A DNA stretch of 63,458 nt, filler included, from Candidatus Woesearchaeota archaeon (GTDB lineage: Archaea; Nanobdellota; Nanobdellia; Woesearchaeales; JACPBO01): assembly GCA_016180285.1 (NCBI GenBank). It is 3 parts of 3 records of this genome, joined end to end, with 100 filler letters (N's around TTAATTAATTAA, not from the genome) between each part and the next. Parts side by side here need not be neighbours in the genome. Positions count along the whole stretch, not along the records: positions 42,391 to 63,458 come from JACPBO010000024.1; 2 more parts are not named here. One strand, given 5' to 3'. Both the position numbers and the translations under genes were made by a program. The notes beneath the pieces were generated by a model. It was not told where the DNA came from and did no database searches. It saw only the letters and a program-made list of their open reading frames with translations. This document shows positions 50,306 through 59,395 of the stretch, piece after piece. Each line of letters opens with the position of its first letter. Positions within the stretch are counted from its first letter, which is position 1.

Positions 50306-50914
50306 TTATTCTATGCCAGCCACTCTCTCTATTTTAAATCTATATTTTTCTGGTGGGCGGACATATTTCATCAAATCTCCAAAGCTTAAGCTTGCCCCAT
50401 ATCCAAAAGGTTTTATTAATTCGCCACGAAGAGTATCTTCAAGAACATCTCCAGTAACGAGTTCATCTGGAAATACTCTTACACGTGTCCTTCTTTGATA
50501 AATGAGGGTTTTTTTAATTATTTGTTGTCCATTAACGAATCCATTATAATTCAATAGTTCTTCATCTGTTACTTTGCAAATTCTTGTTGATTTTTCTTGT
50601 CCGATAACTTCCTCAAAACATAACTCTCCAAAATGCAGTTTGTCTCCATATGCCTGAAAATTCTCTTTAAAAGTTGGCTTTAAGCTTTTGGGAATCAATC
50701 CCATCATAAAGGATTGAAGTTCATCTTTTATGTACAAACCATCTTTTGGTGCTACGCAGAAGTCAACTAAATGATTCCAACACATAATTACATCATCACC
50801 CACATATTCGCAATCTACATTTTTTCCAGGAAGATAATTTTCATTAAAAATTTTCACTATCACTACTTCTGGATTTGTTTCCAACGCTTTTTTTATAACT
50901 GTTAATTTGCTCAT
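50306..50914 (-). CDS. Hypothetical protein
   Basis: ORF of about 200 aa with no recognised motif. Confidence 0.65.
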   Translation of the reverse strand: MSKLTVIKKALETNPEVVIVKIFNENYLPGKNVDCEYVGDDVIMCWNHLVDFCVAPKDGLYIKDELQSFMMGLIPKSLKPTFKENFQAYGDKLHFGELCFEEVIGQEKSTRICKVTDEELLNYNGFVNGQQIIKKTLIYQRRTRVRVFPDELVTGDVLEDTLRGELIKPFGYGASLSFGDLMKYVRPPEKYRFKIERVAGIE

Positions 50915-50971
50915 TCTGATTACCAATATTCTATTTTATTTGTGTACATTTCATGTGCCTCTCATTCAATT

Positions 50972-51904
50972 TTATTTTTTCGCATGGTTTAATCTTAAAT
51001 TTTTATTTTTTATACAGTAGTATGGTATTTTCCAATCCGTCCTATCTAAGAGTTCCTCAATTGTTTCTATTGCTACATTCATTCGCTTTGCAGGAAAATA
51101 TACCATTATCTTGTCATCATTTTGGCTTAATTCAATCGGGCATACAAGCCTTGCTATCCAAAAGCTATCTGTCTGATCACAGATATAACGAAATGGGTTT
51201 AAATGCCTTGGCTCTTCATAATGCATAGAAAGAGAACTTTCTTCATCTCCCATAACTTGAGAGATTGCTTCTTTTCGTTTTCCTTTTTTTAGCAAATCTT
51301 CTATTTCTGCTAAATCACTCATAAGAACTTCTGCATCAGCAATAGTGCTTATTGCGTAAAATAGATCACGATTGAGATCGTGCGGTAAAAAGAAAGTTCT
51401 TAGGGATTTTTTTATTTTTTTGCAGGACATTTTCTCAATTATTGCAAGAGCATTCTCTCGTTTTTTTCTCGTTGTCCCTCCTTCAATCTCAAACCCATTA
51501 TAAATTTGTTCATAAATATCTAAGAATTCTTTAATACTTGAATTTTCTAAACTGCTTCCTATTTGGTTTCTGTGTTCTGCACATGTTATTTCATGAGAAT
51601 AATAAAGTTCTCCAAGCTCCTTTTCAATTGACATAGAAGTTGAGTCACCAAAAAACCTTTCTTTTAATAAAGCACCCATATCAGGAAATTCTCCAGGAAA
51701 GCCAAAAATCTTATTGTTTGTAATAGTGTATGAATCTGCATATCCCCTGCTTATAAGTACTTTTTCTATAAGTCCCTCTAATCCTTCCTTAGCAGCTTTT
51801 CCCCCAGCCATACTTATTTTGTCACTTCTATAACCAAAATTACTATACGGATGTTTCAATCCTTTTATAGGCTCCATGATGTAAATGATTTTTTGTTGTT
51901 TCAT
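50972..51904 (-). CDS. Hypothetical protein
   Basis: 310-aa ORF, ATGA-coupled to the upstream gene. Confidence 0.7.
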   Translation of the reverse strand: MKQQKIIYIMEPIKGLKHPYSNFGYRSDKISMAGGKAAKEGLEGLIEKVLISRGYADSYTITNNKIFGFPGEFPDMGALLKERFFGDSTSMSIEKELGELYYSHEITCAEHRNQIGSSLENSSIKEFLDIYEQIYNGFEIEGGTTRKKRENALAIIEKMSCKKIKKSLRTFFLPHDLNRDLFYAISTIADAEVLMSDLAEIEDLLKKGKRKEAISQVMGDEESSLSMHYEEPRHLNPFRYICDQTDSFWIARLVCPIELSQNDDKIMVYFPAKRMNVAIETIEELLDRTDWKIPYYCIKNKNLRLNHAKK

Positions 51905-52254
51905 TCTGTTGGGTCTTTTATTTTACTCGGTCTTTTATAAAATATGCGGATTACACAGTCTTTGTAAATACTAGATCTTAATGAACATCCTTTAGGTCCG
52001 CAATCAAGAACCTTAACATTGGATCTGTAAGTGTCTTCAAAATAAATCAGCTCTGTGTTTTCAATTGTACCTTTGACTGGGAAGATTTCAAATATACCGT
52101 TTATATTTATAAAATCAAAGTCTCCAAAAGGACAAATATTAAGATAGTCATATTCTCCCTCTATATAAATGTCTAAACTTTTTATTATTTTTTCAAGTAC
52201 CCCGATCTTCCCTAACTCCAGTTTATTCAGCGATATTTTATATAGTTCATCCAT
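51901..52254 (-). CDS. Hypothetical protein
   Basis: 117-aa ORF; TATA at about 52304-52316. Confidence 0.65.
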   Translation of the reverse strand: MDELYKISLNKLELGKIGVLEKIIKSLDIYIEGEYDYLNICPFGDFDFININGIFEIFPVKGTIENTELIYFEDTYRSNVKVLDCGPKGCSLRSSIYKDCVIRIFYKRPSKIKDPTE

Positions 52255-52360
52255 TTTAGCATCTGTTGTATTTATTATTCTGTAGTAATAATAATATAGC
52301 TAATATTTAAATCTTTGTTGTCAGTTTTAATACGAAAGATTTATATAGAGGATATGCCTG

Positions 52361-53119
52361 ATGATAATTATGATCAACAAAGATAACTTAATGCAGATAG
52401 GATTGACAAAAAATGAGACAGATGTTTATTTATGCCTTTTGCAGCTAGAAGAAGCTCTTGCAGGCGAGGTCTCAAAGAAAACAGGAATTTCCAGAACTTA
52501 TATTTATGACACGATTGAGAGACTTGCTCAAAAAGGCCTGGTAAGCTATGTTGTAAGGAACGGTAAAAGATACTACAGGGCAGCTTCCCCAAACAAAGTT
52601 ATTGATTATCTGAAGGAACAAGAAGCAAAGGTGAATTTAATTCTGCCAGAACTTTTGGCATTGCATAAGCCATTAATTAAAAAACCAGTTGTAGAGGTTT
52701 ATGACGGCCCTGAGGGAATGAAAAATATCTATACCATTATGTTCAGAACAAAACCAAAAGAATGGCTATTGCTCGGTAGCTCCGGAAAAGCAGAAGAGGT
52801 TGTAAGCCATGATTTTCTCAATATAATGGAATCAAAAAGGGCAAAATTAGGGATTGGATTTAAATGTTTAATGAACCCTGTGCCCCAAGCAATAAAAAGG
52901 GGAAAGGAATTAGTAAAATTTCAATTAACAGAAGTCAGGTATCTCCCGCAAACTTATGTAAGCCCGGTTTCTATTTACCTATTCGGGGATTACACTTCTT
53001 TAATGCTGTGGATGAAAGAAAAGCCTTTGGCCATCTTGATCCATGATAAAGACATTACCCGCTCTTTTAAAGAGCACTTCAAGATTTTATGGGAATTATC
53101 TAAAGTCGACAAAAAATAA
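52361..53119 (+). CDS. TrmB-family transcriptional regulator
   Basis: IGLTKNETDVYL...ISRTYIYD...KGLV, VEVYDG.EG, FKILW. Confidence 0.88.
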   Translation: MIIMINKDNLMQIGLTKNETDVYLCLLQLEEALAGEVSKKTGISRTYIYDTIERLAQKGLVSYVVRNGKRYYRAASPNKVIDYLKEQEAKVNLILPELLALHKPLIKKPVVEVYDGPEGMKNIYTIMFRTKPKEWLLLGSSGKAEEVVSHDFLNIMESKRAKLGIGFKCLMNPVPQAIKRGKELVKFQLTEVRYLPQTYVSPVSIYLFGDYTSLMLWMKEKPLAILIHDKDITRSFKEHFKILWELSKVDKK

Positions 53120-53195
53120 TTAAATTTACTTAAGAGTGGTGAAAATTAGAAAGATTTAAATAGCAGCGATTCATTTTAATTTTAAGGAGATTAAA

Positions 53196-53738
53196 ATGGG
53201 ACAATATTATAGCCCTGTAGAGGTTGTAAAAAAAGGACAGAGAATCGGTTATTTACGTGAAATGCAGCCGTCTATAGGTATGAAAGATGTTTTAGTCGGA
53301 ATAGCCAATAATGGGGTTAATGCAATTGCGGCAGATCTAACATCTAAAAAAGAGTACGAAACTTTTTTTCGAAATGAGGCTAATTGGTTAAACACTATTC
53401 TATACAGATTACCAGCAAATGAAATTCAAAATTGCCATGGTGCTGGGGTTAAGTTAGACCAACTAGAAACAATTTTAATGGAAATAGAAAAGAAACGCTT
53501 TAATAAGGACATGGAAAATATTAAAAATAAATTTGGGGAAGATACATTTGTAGCAAGATATAACGGAGAAACAATTGACTATGATAAAAATGAAAAACGG
53601 TTATTAAAAAGAATACATGATAAATATTCTAAATATCCTGACTCTAAAGGAGAAGTCATTTACGTTGCCAGTGTAAAATCTCACAATAAAAAGAAAGATG
53701 AAAAAATCGAATTACCATCACCGGAAATAGCTTTCTGA
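53196..53738 (+). CDS. Hypothetical two-domain protein (C-terminal half DUF5678-like)
   Basis: Own TATA box and AAGGAG SD; FVARYNGETIDYD...LLKRI pattern. Confidence 0.65.
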   Translation: MGQYYSPVEVVKKGQRIGYLREMQPSIGMKDVLVGIANNGVNAIAADLTSKKEYETFFRNEANWLNTILYRLPANEIQNCHGAGVKLDQLETILMEIEKKRFNKDMENIKNKFGEDTFVARYNGETIDYDKNEKRLLKRIHDKYSKYPDSKGEVIYVASVKSHNKKKDEKIELPSPEIAF

Positions 53739-53752
53739 CTTAGAGATGTTGG

Positions 53753-53792
53753 AGAGGCAAGGTTTATCTTGAAATTCAATAACTTTTTAAAT
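53753..53792 (+). repeat. Direct repeat copy 1 (relic gene end plus promoter)
   Basis: ggtttatcttga 53761-53772 = 55421-55432; aaattcaataactttttaaat 53772-53792 = 55469-55489. Confidence 0.85.
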
Positions 53793-53840
53793 TAATCTTT
53801 ATTTTCCTATAACCAAAAGGGGTTCTTTAGGCATTATAAA

Positions 53841-55487
53841 ATGATAAGGCACGATTTTCCAAGAGAAAGCGAAATAATAGGGGAAGATTTTGGAGCTTTA
53901 ATCAGAAGAATTGGTGGAAAAAATGCTGGACACAGGTTATTTGCAAAAATACAAAAAGATTTAGAAACAAGAATACCTGAAATCAAGGATTTCTACCAGC
54001 CAGAAAATTTAGAGATAGAGACTTCTTACTATGACAGATTTGAAAAAATAATGCTTACGCAATTTGGAAAGCCATTTGAATGGTTTAAGAGCCTTCCTGA
54101 GGAAACAAGGAAAATTGGCGGAGGGGTGCTCAATCCAGAAGATGATGTTGATATATTATGGAGAATTTCTTATGGGTATAAGCCTGGTCAGGAGTATACA
54201 ATATTACCAAATGCTTTAATTCAAGCTTCTCCAGATATTAAGAATGTTCTTTATGAAATTCAAGAAATGGCTAGAAAAAAATTTCCTGACGCTGATGCTA
54301 GGAAGGAATTTCACTTAAGGTCTTCTACTACTATTGAGGATTTTGTTGATGACAGGTATTACGATACTTTTAAAACAATGGACGGCGTTCCTCTTTTTGA
54401 ACAGCGTTTTAATCCAGAACACAATAACTTAATTACTTACATTCTATCTATGTTTATAAATTTTTATTTAATGAAGCATCACTCAGAAGGAAAATACGGA
54501 CTGGATAATGTAAGCTTCGCTTTAGGAATACAACCAACAATTAGCATTAGCACTTATAAAGAAAAAGATTTGTTTGCTATTATTTATTCCAGCTATCCTG
54601 AGTATAAAGAAAAGAGAACCGTGATAGAGGTAAATGGCATATTGTCAGACCCTTTGTTTGGTGGTTCTTTTTTTGGTTTAAATATAGCAAAAATACAATT
54701 AACCAGTATAGATAAAGGAGGGCATATCTATATAAAAAATGGATTTTCAGATAGCCTTAAAAAAGCATACTCAGGAAATAAAAGAAAAGAATTCCATAAT
54801 GTGAGGGGCAAATATAGTTTATTCTCTTATGAGCAAATAATTAAAATAGATAATGTAGTGAGAGCAATAGAGGAATATTTGGGTTATCCGGTAAATTTTG
54901 AGTTGCCAATACAAGATAGAAAAACTTATTGTGTGCAATTAAGACCCGTTCCAAGATTAGCAGAGAATAGAGAAATTAAATCATTAAAACCTTTACCAAA
55001 AGACTATATGTTATTAGCAAGAACCCCATTTGTTTATGGCAGTTTTAAAAGAAAAGGGAAGATAGTTCAACCTGCTATAAAGCATACAAGGGGTTTTAGA
55101 TTCCAAGAACCAGTAATTGCTTTGCATTATGCAAATAGGCCAGCTGAAGCATGGTTTTGGGAGGATGACAATTGTAATGGCTTATTAAATCCTTACGAGG
55201 GTTCTGTGTTAAGACATGGTCATTCTGTTATTCCTCGTTTTGGTGAAGCTAGAGATAAATTTATTTTTATAGGTGTACCAGGACTTTACAAGATTATAGA
55301 GCCACACCTAAAAGCTAAAACTGAAAAGTGGACCATTCCTTGGACTGGAGATAAGCAAGAGGAAGTTTTTAAATATTCCGATTTTGAAGTGATTATAGAA
55401 TCAGACGGCAGAAGAGGAAGGGTTTATCTTGACCCTGAAGCGTCAAAAATATTTCATACGAAAACAAAAAATTCAATAACTTTTTAA
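53841..55487 (+). CDS. PEP-synthase/PPDK-like dikinase: ATP-grasp plus His-swivel domains only
   Basis: IGGKNAG, LRSSTTIED, IEEYLGYPVNFE...VQLRPV, then GSVLRHGH...IESDGRRGRVY. Confidence 0.7.
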   Translation: MIRHDFPRESEIIGEDFGALIRRIGGKNAGHRLFAKIQKDLETRIPEIKDFYQPENLEIETSYYDRFEKIMLTQFGKPFEWFKSLPEETRKIGGGVLNPEDDVDILWRISYGYKPGQEYTILPNALIQASPDIKNVLYEIQEMARKKFPDADARKEFHLRSSTTIEDFVDDRYYDTFKTMDGVPLFEQRFNPEHNNLITYILSMFINFYLMKHHSEGKYGLDNVSFALGIQPTISISTYKEKDLFAIIYSSYPEYKEKRTVIEVNGILSDPLFGGSFFGLNIAKIQLTSIDKGGHIYIKNGFSDSLKKAYSGNKRKEFHNVRGKYSLFSYEQIIKIDNVVRAIEEYLGYPVNFELPIQDRKTYCVQLRPVPRLAENREIKSLKPLPKDYMLLARTPFVYGSFKRKGKIVQPAIKHTRGFRFQEPVIALHYANRPAEAWFWEDDNCNGLLNPYEGSVLRHGHSVIPRFGEARDKFIFIGVPGLYKIIEPHLKAKTEKWTIPWTGDKQEEVFKYSDFEVIIESDGRRGRVYLDPEASKIFHTKTKNSITF

Positions 55488-55489
55488 AT
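55413..55489 (+). repeat. Direct repeat copy 2, overlapping the dikinase 3' end and the rpl11 promoter
   Basis: Matches copy 1. TTTTTAAATA at 55481-55490 lies 21 nt before the rpl11 ATG. Confidence 0.85.
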
Positions 55490-55511
55490 AAAACCCTTAT
55501 TCCAACTCAAT

Positions 55512-56324
55512 ATGGCAACACAAACAGTCGAAGTATTGGTTGAAGGCGGCAAGGCAACAGCTGCTCCGCCATTGGGCCCAGCTTTAGGTCCGACTGGATT
55601 GAACATAGGCCAGGTTGTTGCTGACATCAATAAAAAGACTGCTGCTTTCAAGGCAATGCAGGTTCCAGTAAAAGTTAAAGTTGACACTTCCAATAAAACT
55701 TATACAATAACTGTGGGCACTCCTCCTGCTTCTGCTTTAATCAAAAAAGAAGCTGGTGTGGAGAAGGGCTCCGGGAATCCGCTGCAGGACAAGATAGCGG
55801 ATTTGAGAATAGAGCAGATTATTAAGATTGCAAAGATGAAGGAAGATGCTCTTCTTGGAAAAACCCTGAAAGAAAAAATAAAGGAAATCATAGGAAGCTG
55901 CAATTCAATAGGAATTCTTGTTGAAGGCGTTGGCGCAAAAGAAGCCATAAAAATGGTCAATGAAGGCAAATTCAATGAAGAGATCAAAGCAGAAAAAACA
56001 GAGCTGTCAGCAGAAGAATTAAAGGCATTGGAAGAAGAAAGGAAGAGGCTGCAGGAAGAGGCTGAGAAGAGGAAGGCAGAGTTTGAAAGGCTTGCAAAAC
56101 AAATTATTGACAGCATGGCGGGCAAGCCAAGAGGAGAGATCAAGGCCAAGCTTCACGAAGCAAAGATCCCAGAAGCCATCATACATGAATTACTGCCAGT
56201 TGAAGGCGTTGGCGCAGGAGCTCCAGGCGCGCCAGGAGCTGCTCCGGGAGCTAAGCCGGCTGCAGGGGCTGCAAAAGAGGCTGCTCCGAAGGCAGAAGCG
56301 AAGAAGGAAGAGAAGAAGAAATAA
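55512..56324 (+). CDS. rpl11: 50S ribosomal protein uL11 with C-terminal extension of about 110 aa
   Basis: VEGGKAT..PPLGPALGP, QVPVKV, GTPPASALI, GSCNSIG. Confidence 0.96.
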   Translation: MATQTVEVLVEGGKATAAPPLGPALGPTGLNIGQVVADINKKTAAFKAMQVPVKVKVDTSNKTYTITVGTPPASALIKKEAGVEKGSGNPLQDKIADLRIEQIIKIAKMKEDALLGKTLKEKIKEIIGSCNSIGILVEGVGAKEAIKMVNEGKFNEEIKAEKTELSAEELKALEEERKRLQEEAEKRKAEFERLAKQIIDSMAGKPRGEIKAKLHEAKIPEAIIHELLPVEGVGAGAPGAPGAAPGAKPAAGAAKEAAPKAEAKKEEKKK

Positions 56325-56409
56325 ATATATTCTACAATATACCTTCCCATTATCAGTATGGCAATGTTTTTAAAGTTTGTTGCATTTCCCTATTTGCAGG
56401 GTTAATAAA

Positions 56410-57612
56410 ATGACTGAAAAATTACAGTTGTATTCTTTTGTTCCGTTGCTTATGGCTGCAGAATTTTCTTCTTTAATAGGCAGACCGGCTGCAATCGGCG
56501 CATTTAATGTTAATTTCTATGCACAAGGAGAAGGCATTCTTGAAGGCTTGCGCAAGGCAGAAGCACCGGGGGTAATACAGGCGAGCAAAGGCGCAAACAA
56601 GTTTCAAGGCGGTGCAGATAAAATCCAATATATGGTGTTAAAGGCAATGGAGAATATGAAAATAACTCTGCCGATTTGCCTGCATCTCGATCATGGCGAT
56701 GAAAAAAGCGCAATTGACTGTATTAATAAGGGCTTCAGCTCTGTGATGATTGATGCCTCTGAATTGGACGAACTTGATAATATGGCTGTTACTAGAAAGA
56801 TCGTAGATTATGCGCATACGAAAGGCATTGGCGTTGAAGCAGAGTACGGCAAGTTAAAGGGTGTAGAAGAGCATATATCATATGAGAAAACAACATATGC
56901 AGACCCTAAATTCGTTCCTGTATTCTTTGACAGAAGCAAAGCAGATGCTTTGGCAATAGCTTATGGAACTTCGCATGGCCCAAATAAAGGCAAGACAGAT
57001 GCATTGAATATATCAATAGTTGCATATAGCTATGCTGGGCTAAAGGCCTATAACCTGAATTTGGATCATTTCCTGGTCAGCCATGGCTCCTCAAGCATTC
57101 CACAGAAAATTGTTGAAGAAATAAACCAATATGGCGGTTTGTTAAAGAATACAAGTGGAGTTCCAGATTACATAATAAAGCAGGCTATTACCAGCGGAAT
57201 TAGAAAAGTGAATATTGATACAGATCTGAGATTAGCTATAACTGCTGTATTCAGGAAATATCTGCATGATAATCCTGGAGTTGAGCAGAAGTCAGATGCG
57301 CTGAATCTTGTCAAAAAAATATTCAGCGGAGAAATTCCCGCAAGGGATAAAGATGGAAAAGCAGTTAATCCGGCAGAAATAACTGATCCAAGAAGCTATC
57401 TGCAGCCGGTTATGGATCTAAATCCTGAATTGCTAAGGGAAGATTATAGAAGCCTAAAAGACAGCGCGTTTGTAGAAGTAATGGAGCTGGTTAAAAATAG
57501 AATAGCGGAGCATGTTAAAAATCTAGCAATATTGTTCGGCTCAGCAGGATTGGCAGGCAAAGTGGATACAAGACTTACACTGGAAGAGATGGCTAACAAG
57601 TATTTAAAATAG
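56410..57612 (+). CDS. fba: Class II fructose-bisphosphate aldolase
   Basis: GAFNVN, LHLDHG, SSVMIDAS, VEAEYG, GTSHG, HGSS, KVNIDTD. Confidence 0.9.
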   Translation: MTEKLQLYSFVPLLMAAEFSSLIGRPAAIGAFNVNFYAQGEGILEGLRKAEAPGVIQASKGANKFQGGADKIQYMVLKAMENMKITLPICLHLDHGDEKSAIDCINKGFSSVMIDASELDELDNMAVTRKIVDYAHTKGIGVEAEYGKLKGVEEHISYEKTTYADPKFVPVFFDRSKADALAIAYGTSHGPNKGKTDALNISIVAYSYAGLKAYNLNLDHFLVSHGSSSIPQKIVEEINQYGGLLKNTSGVPDYIIKQAITSGIRKVNIDTDLRLAITAVFRKYLHDNPGVEQKSDALNLVKKIFSGEIPARDKDGKAVNPAEITDPRSYLQPVMDLNPELLREDYRSLKDSAFVEVMELVKNRIAEHVKNLAILFGSAGLAGKVDTRLTLEEMANKYLK

Positions 57613-58837
57613 GCCTGAAATATTCTAATCCTGCTTCAGTTATTGAATATGTCTTTGGGTCATAAAACCTTTTATCAGCTGTTCTCGGCACAATTTTACC
57701 CATCCCGTCTAATTTCAACAGCCCGTCATCTAAGATGGTTCTCAAATCGAAGGCTTCTGCAGCAAACTTAGAATCTTTTCTTTGCAATGCAACAAACTTA
57801 TTTGTCGCTCCGTTATCAATTAGCTTTACACAAGCTTTTCCGATTTCGATTGCATTTTTAACATCAGTCTCGGTTGGCAGACCGCTTCTGTAAATGTAAT
57901 TAGGCTTTTCATCGTTGAAATTTCCTGTTTCGACTTCTAGTTTTAGATCTTCTTTCAGCCTTTTTGCAATTATCTCAGCAACACCGCCGAGCTTTTTATG
58001 GCCGAAGCCGTCAATATTTGACTCATCTTCGCTTATCGGCTTTTCACTTCCGATATGCTTTGCTCCTTCTGAAATCACAATAACAATGTTTTTTTCATTC
58101 AAGTAAGCAAGGTTTTTGTCAGATTTAATCGGCTTATTGTATTTTTCTTTTATCTTTTCTTTTAAATCCGCGTAATCAAGGGGAAATTCTGGGATAATTA
58201 TGAAGTCAGGCTGCGGAAATTCTTTTAACTTATTCTCAAGCAGGATATTGCAGCCAGATGCCAAAGCCAGCCATCCAGCAGTCCTGCCCATGCACTCTAC
58301 AACCATTATTCTGCTGTGCGCATGAGATGTTGTCCTTAATGCAGCAGAAAACTCAGCGCTTCTGCATGCAGCAGTTGCAAAGCCATTTGTATAATAATTG
58401 AAAATGCTTTCATAATCAACAACATTCCCATCAGGGGCATTTCCACCAACATCATTGTCGATGGTTTTTGAAGCCATTACAAAAGGGATTTTAAGCAATG
58501 AGCCCTGCATCATGTCTTTTGCAATGCTTAATGTGTCCTCTCCTCCAATTGCAATAAAGCAATCAACCAGTTCAGAAATGTTTTTTGCGCCTTTTTCAAG
58601 GCTCCCATCATTCTTTTTCAGCCTCTCTCTTTCTGTTTTTATGAATGTTCCGCCGACATAAGGATCTATCATTCCTGGGCTTAGATGTTTATAGTTTCGG
58701 TTTTTGACGCCTTTCCATCCTTCAAGGAAACCGATTAGCTGATAGCCTTTTTTTGCCGCTTCTTCTACTGCGCTGTATAAAAAAGCATTTAAAGCAGATG
58801 TATCGCCTCCACCTGTTAAAATGCCGAGTGTTTTCAT
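57593..58837 (-). CDS. PfkA-family phosphofructokinase with PPi-type signature
   Basis: LTGGGD, GGT, IGGEDT, KTIDND, VECMGR.AGWLA, IPE, SEG. Confidence 0.9.
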   Translation of the reverse strand: MKTLGILTGGGDTSALNAFLYSAVEEAAKKGYQLIGFLEGWKGVKNRNYKHLSPGMIDPYVGGTFIKTERERLKKNDGSLEKGAKNISELVDCFIAIGGEDTLSIAKDMMQGSLLKIPFVMASKTIDNDVGGNAPDGNVVDYESIFNYYTNGFATAACRSAEFSAALRTTSHAHSRIMVVECMGRTAGWLALASGCNILLENKLKEFPQPDFIIIPEFPLDYADLKEKIKEKYNKPIKSDKNLAYLNEKNIVIVISEGAKHIGSEKPISEDESNIDGFGHKKLGGVAEIIAKRLKEDLKLEVETGNFNDEKPNYIYRSGLPTETDVKNAIEIGKACVKLIDNGATNKFVALQRKDSKFAAEAFDLRTILDDGLLKLDGMGKIVPRTADKRFYDPKTYSITEAGLEYFRPILNTC

Positions 58838-58892
58838 TATGCTGCCCCAACTGTCGGAGATTACATCGCTTTTATTAATTTTTCTCTTTAAT

Positions 58893-59216
58893 TCAGCAAT
58901 AATCTTCCACATACTTTCCAAGAATTTTTGAAGCGCATGCTGCTGAAAAGCCATTTCCAACCACTAATCTGTTGCCTTCATTCACAGAGACAGGCGATTC
59001 GCCGCAGACATCTTCTATGCACTTCCTTCCCTTGAGCAATGCATCTTCTCCATAGAACTTATTAGTGCAGTCAGCTCTTATGTCTTTTGTGTTTGCAGCA
59101 GCAACTTCATTGTTTATTCTATAAACTTCCACCGTATAGGCGCCTTTTTCTCCGTATATTATCGCGCAAATGCCTTCTTCTCTGCCTTCATGCCTTGCTG
59201 TTTGAATGCCCAACAT
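58893..59216 (-). CDS. Hypothetical protein (107 aa, 6 Cys)
   Basis: Strong SD GGAGGT; lies upstream of pfk on the same strand. Confidence 0.7.
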   Translation of the reverse strand: MLGIQTARHEGREEGICAIIYGEKGAYTVEVYRINNEVAAANTKDIRADCTNKFYGEDALLKGRKCIEDVCGESPVSVNEGNRLVVGNGFSAACASKILGKYVEDYC

Positions 59217-59395
59217 TTTTGACCTCCTTAAACTTATTGTTTAAGCATAAATAACACGAAACTTTTAGAATTTGCCAATATTTATTATATGCAGTCATAT
59301 CTTTCACTATTGAGATATATTACCATATATTTTTTTAATTTTCAATATAGCGAAACATTTAAATATATATCCCTATTTACATAGACATAATTATT

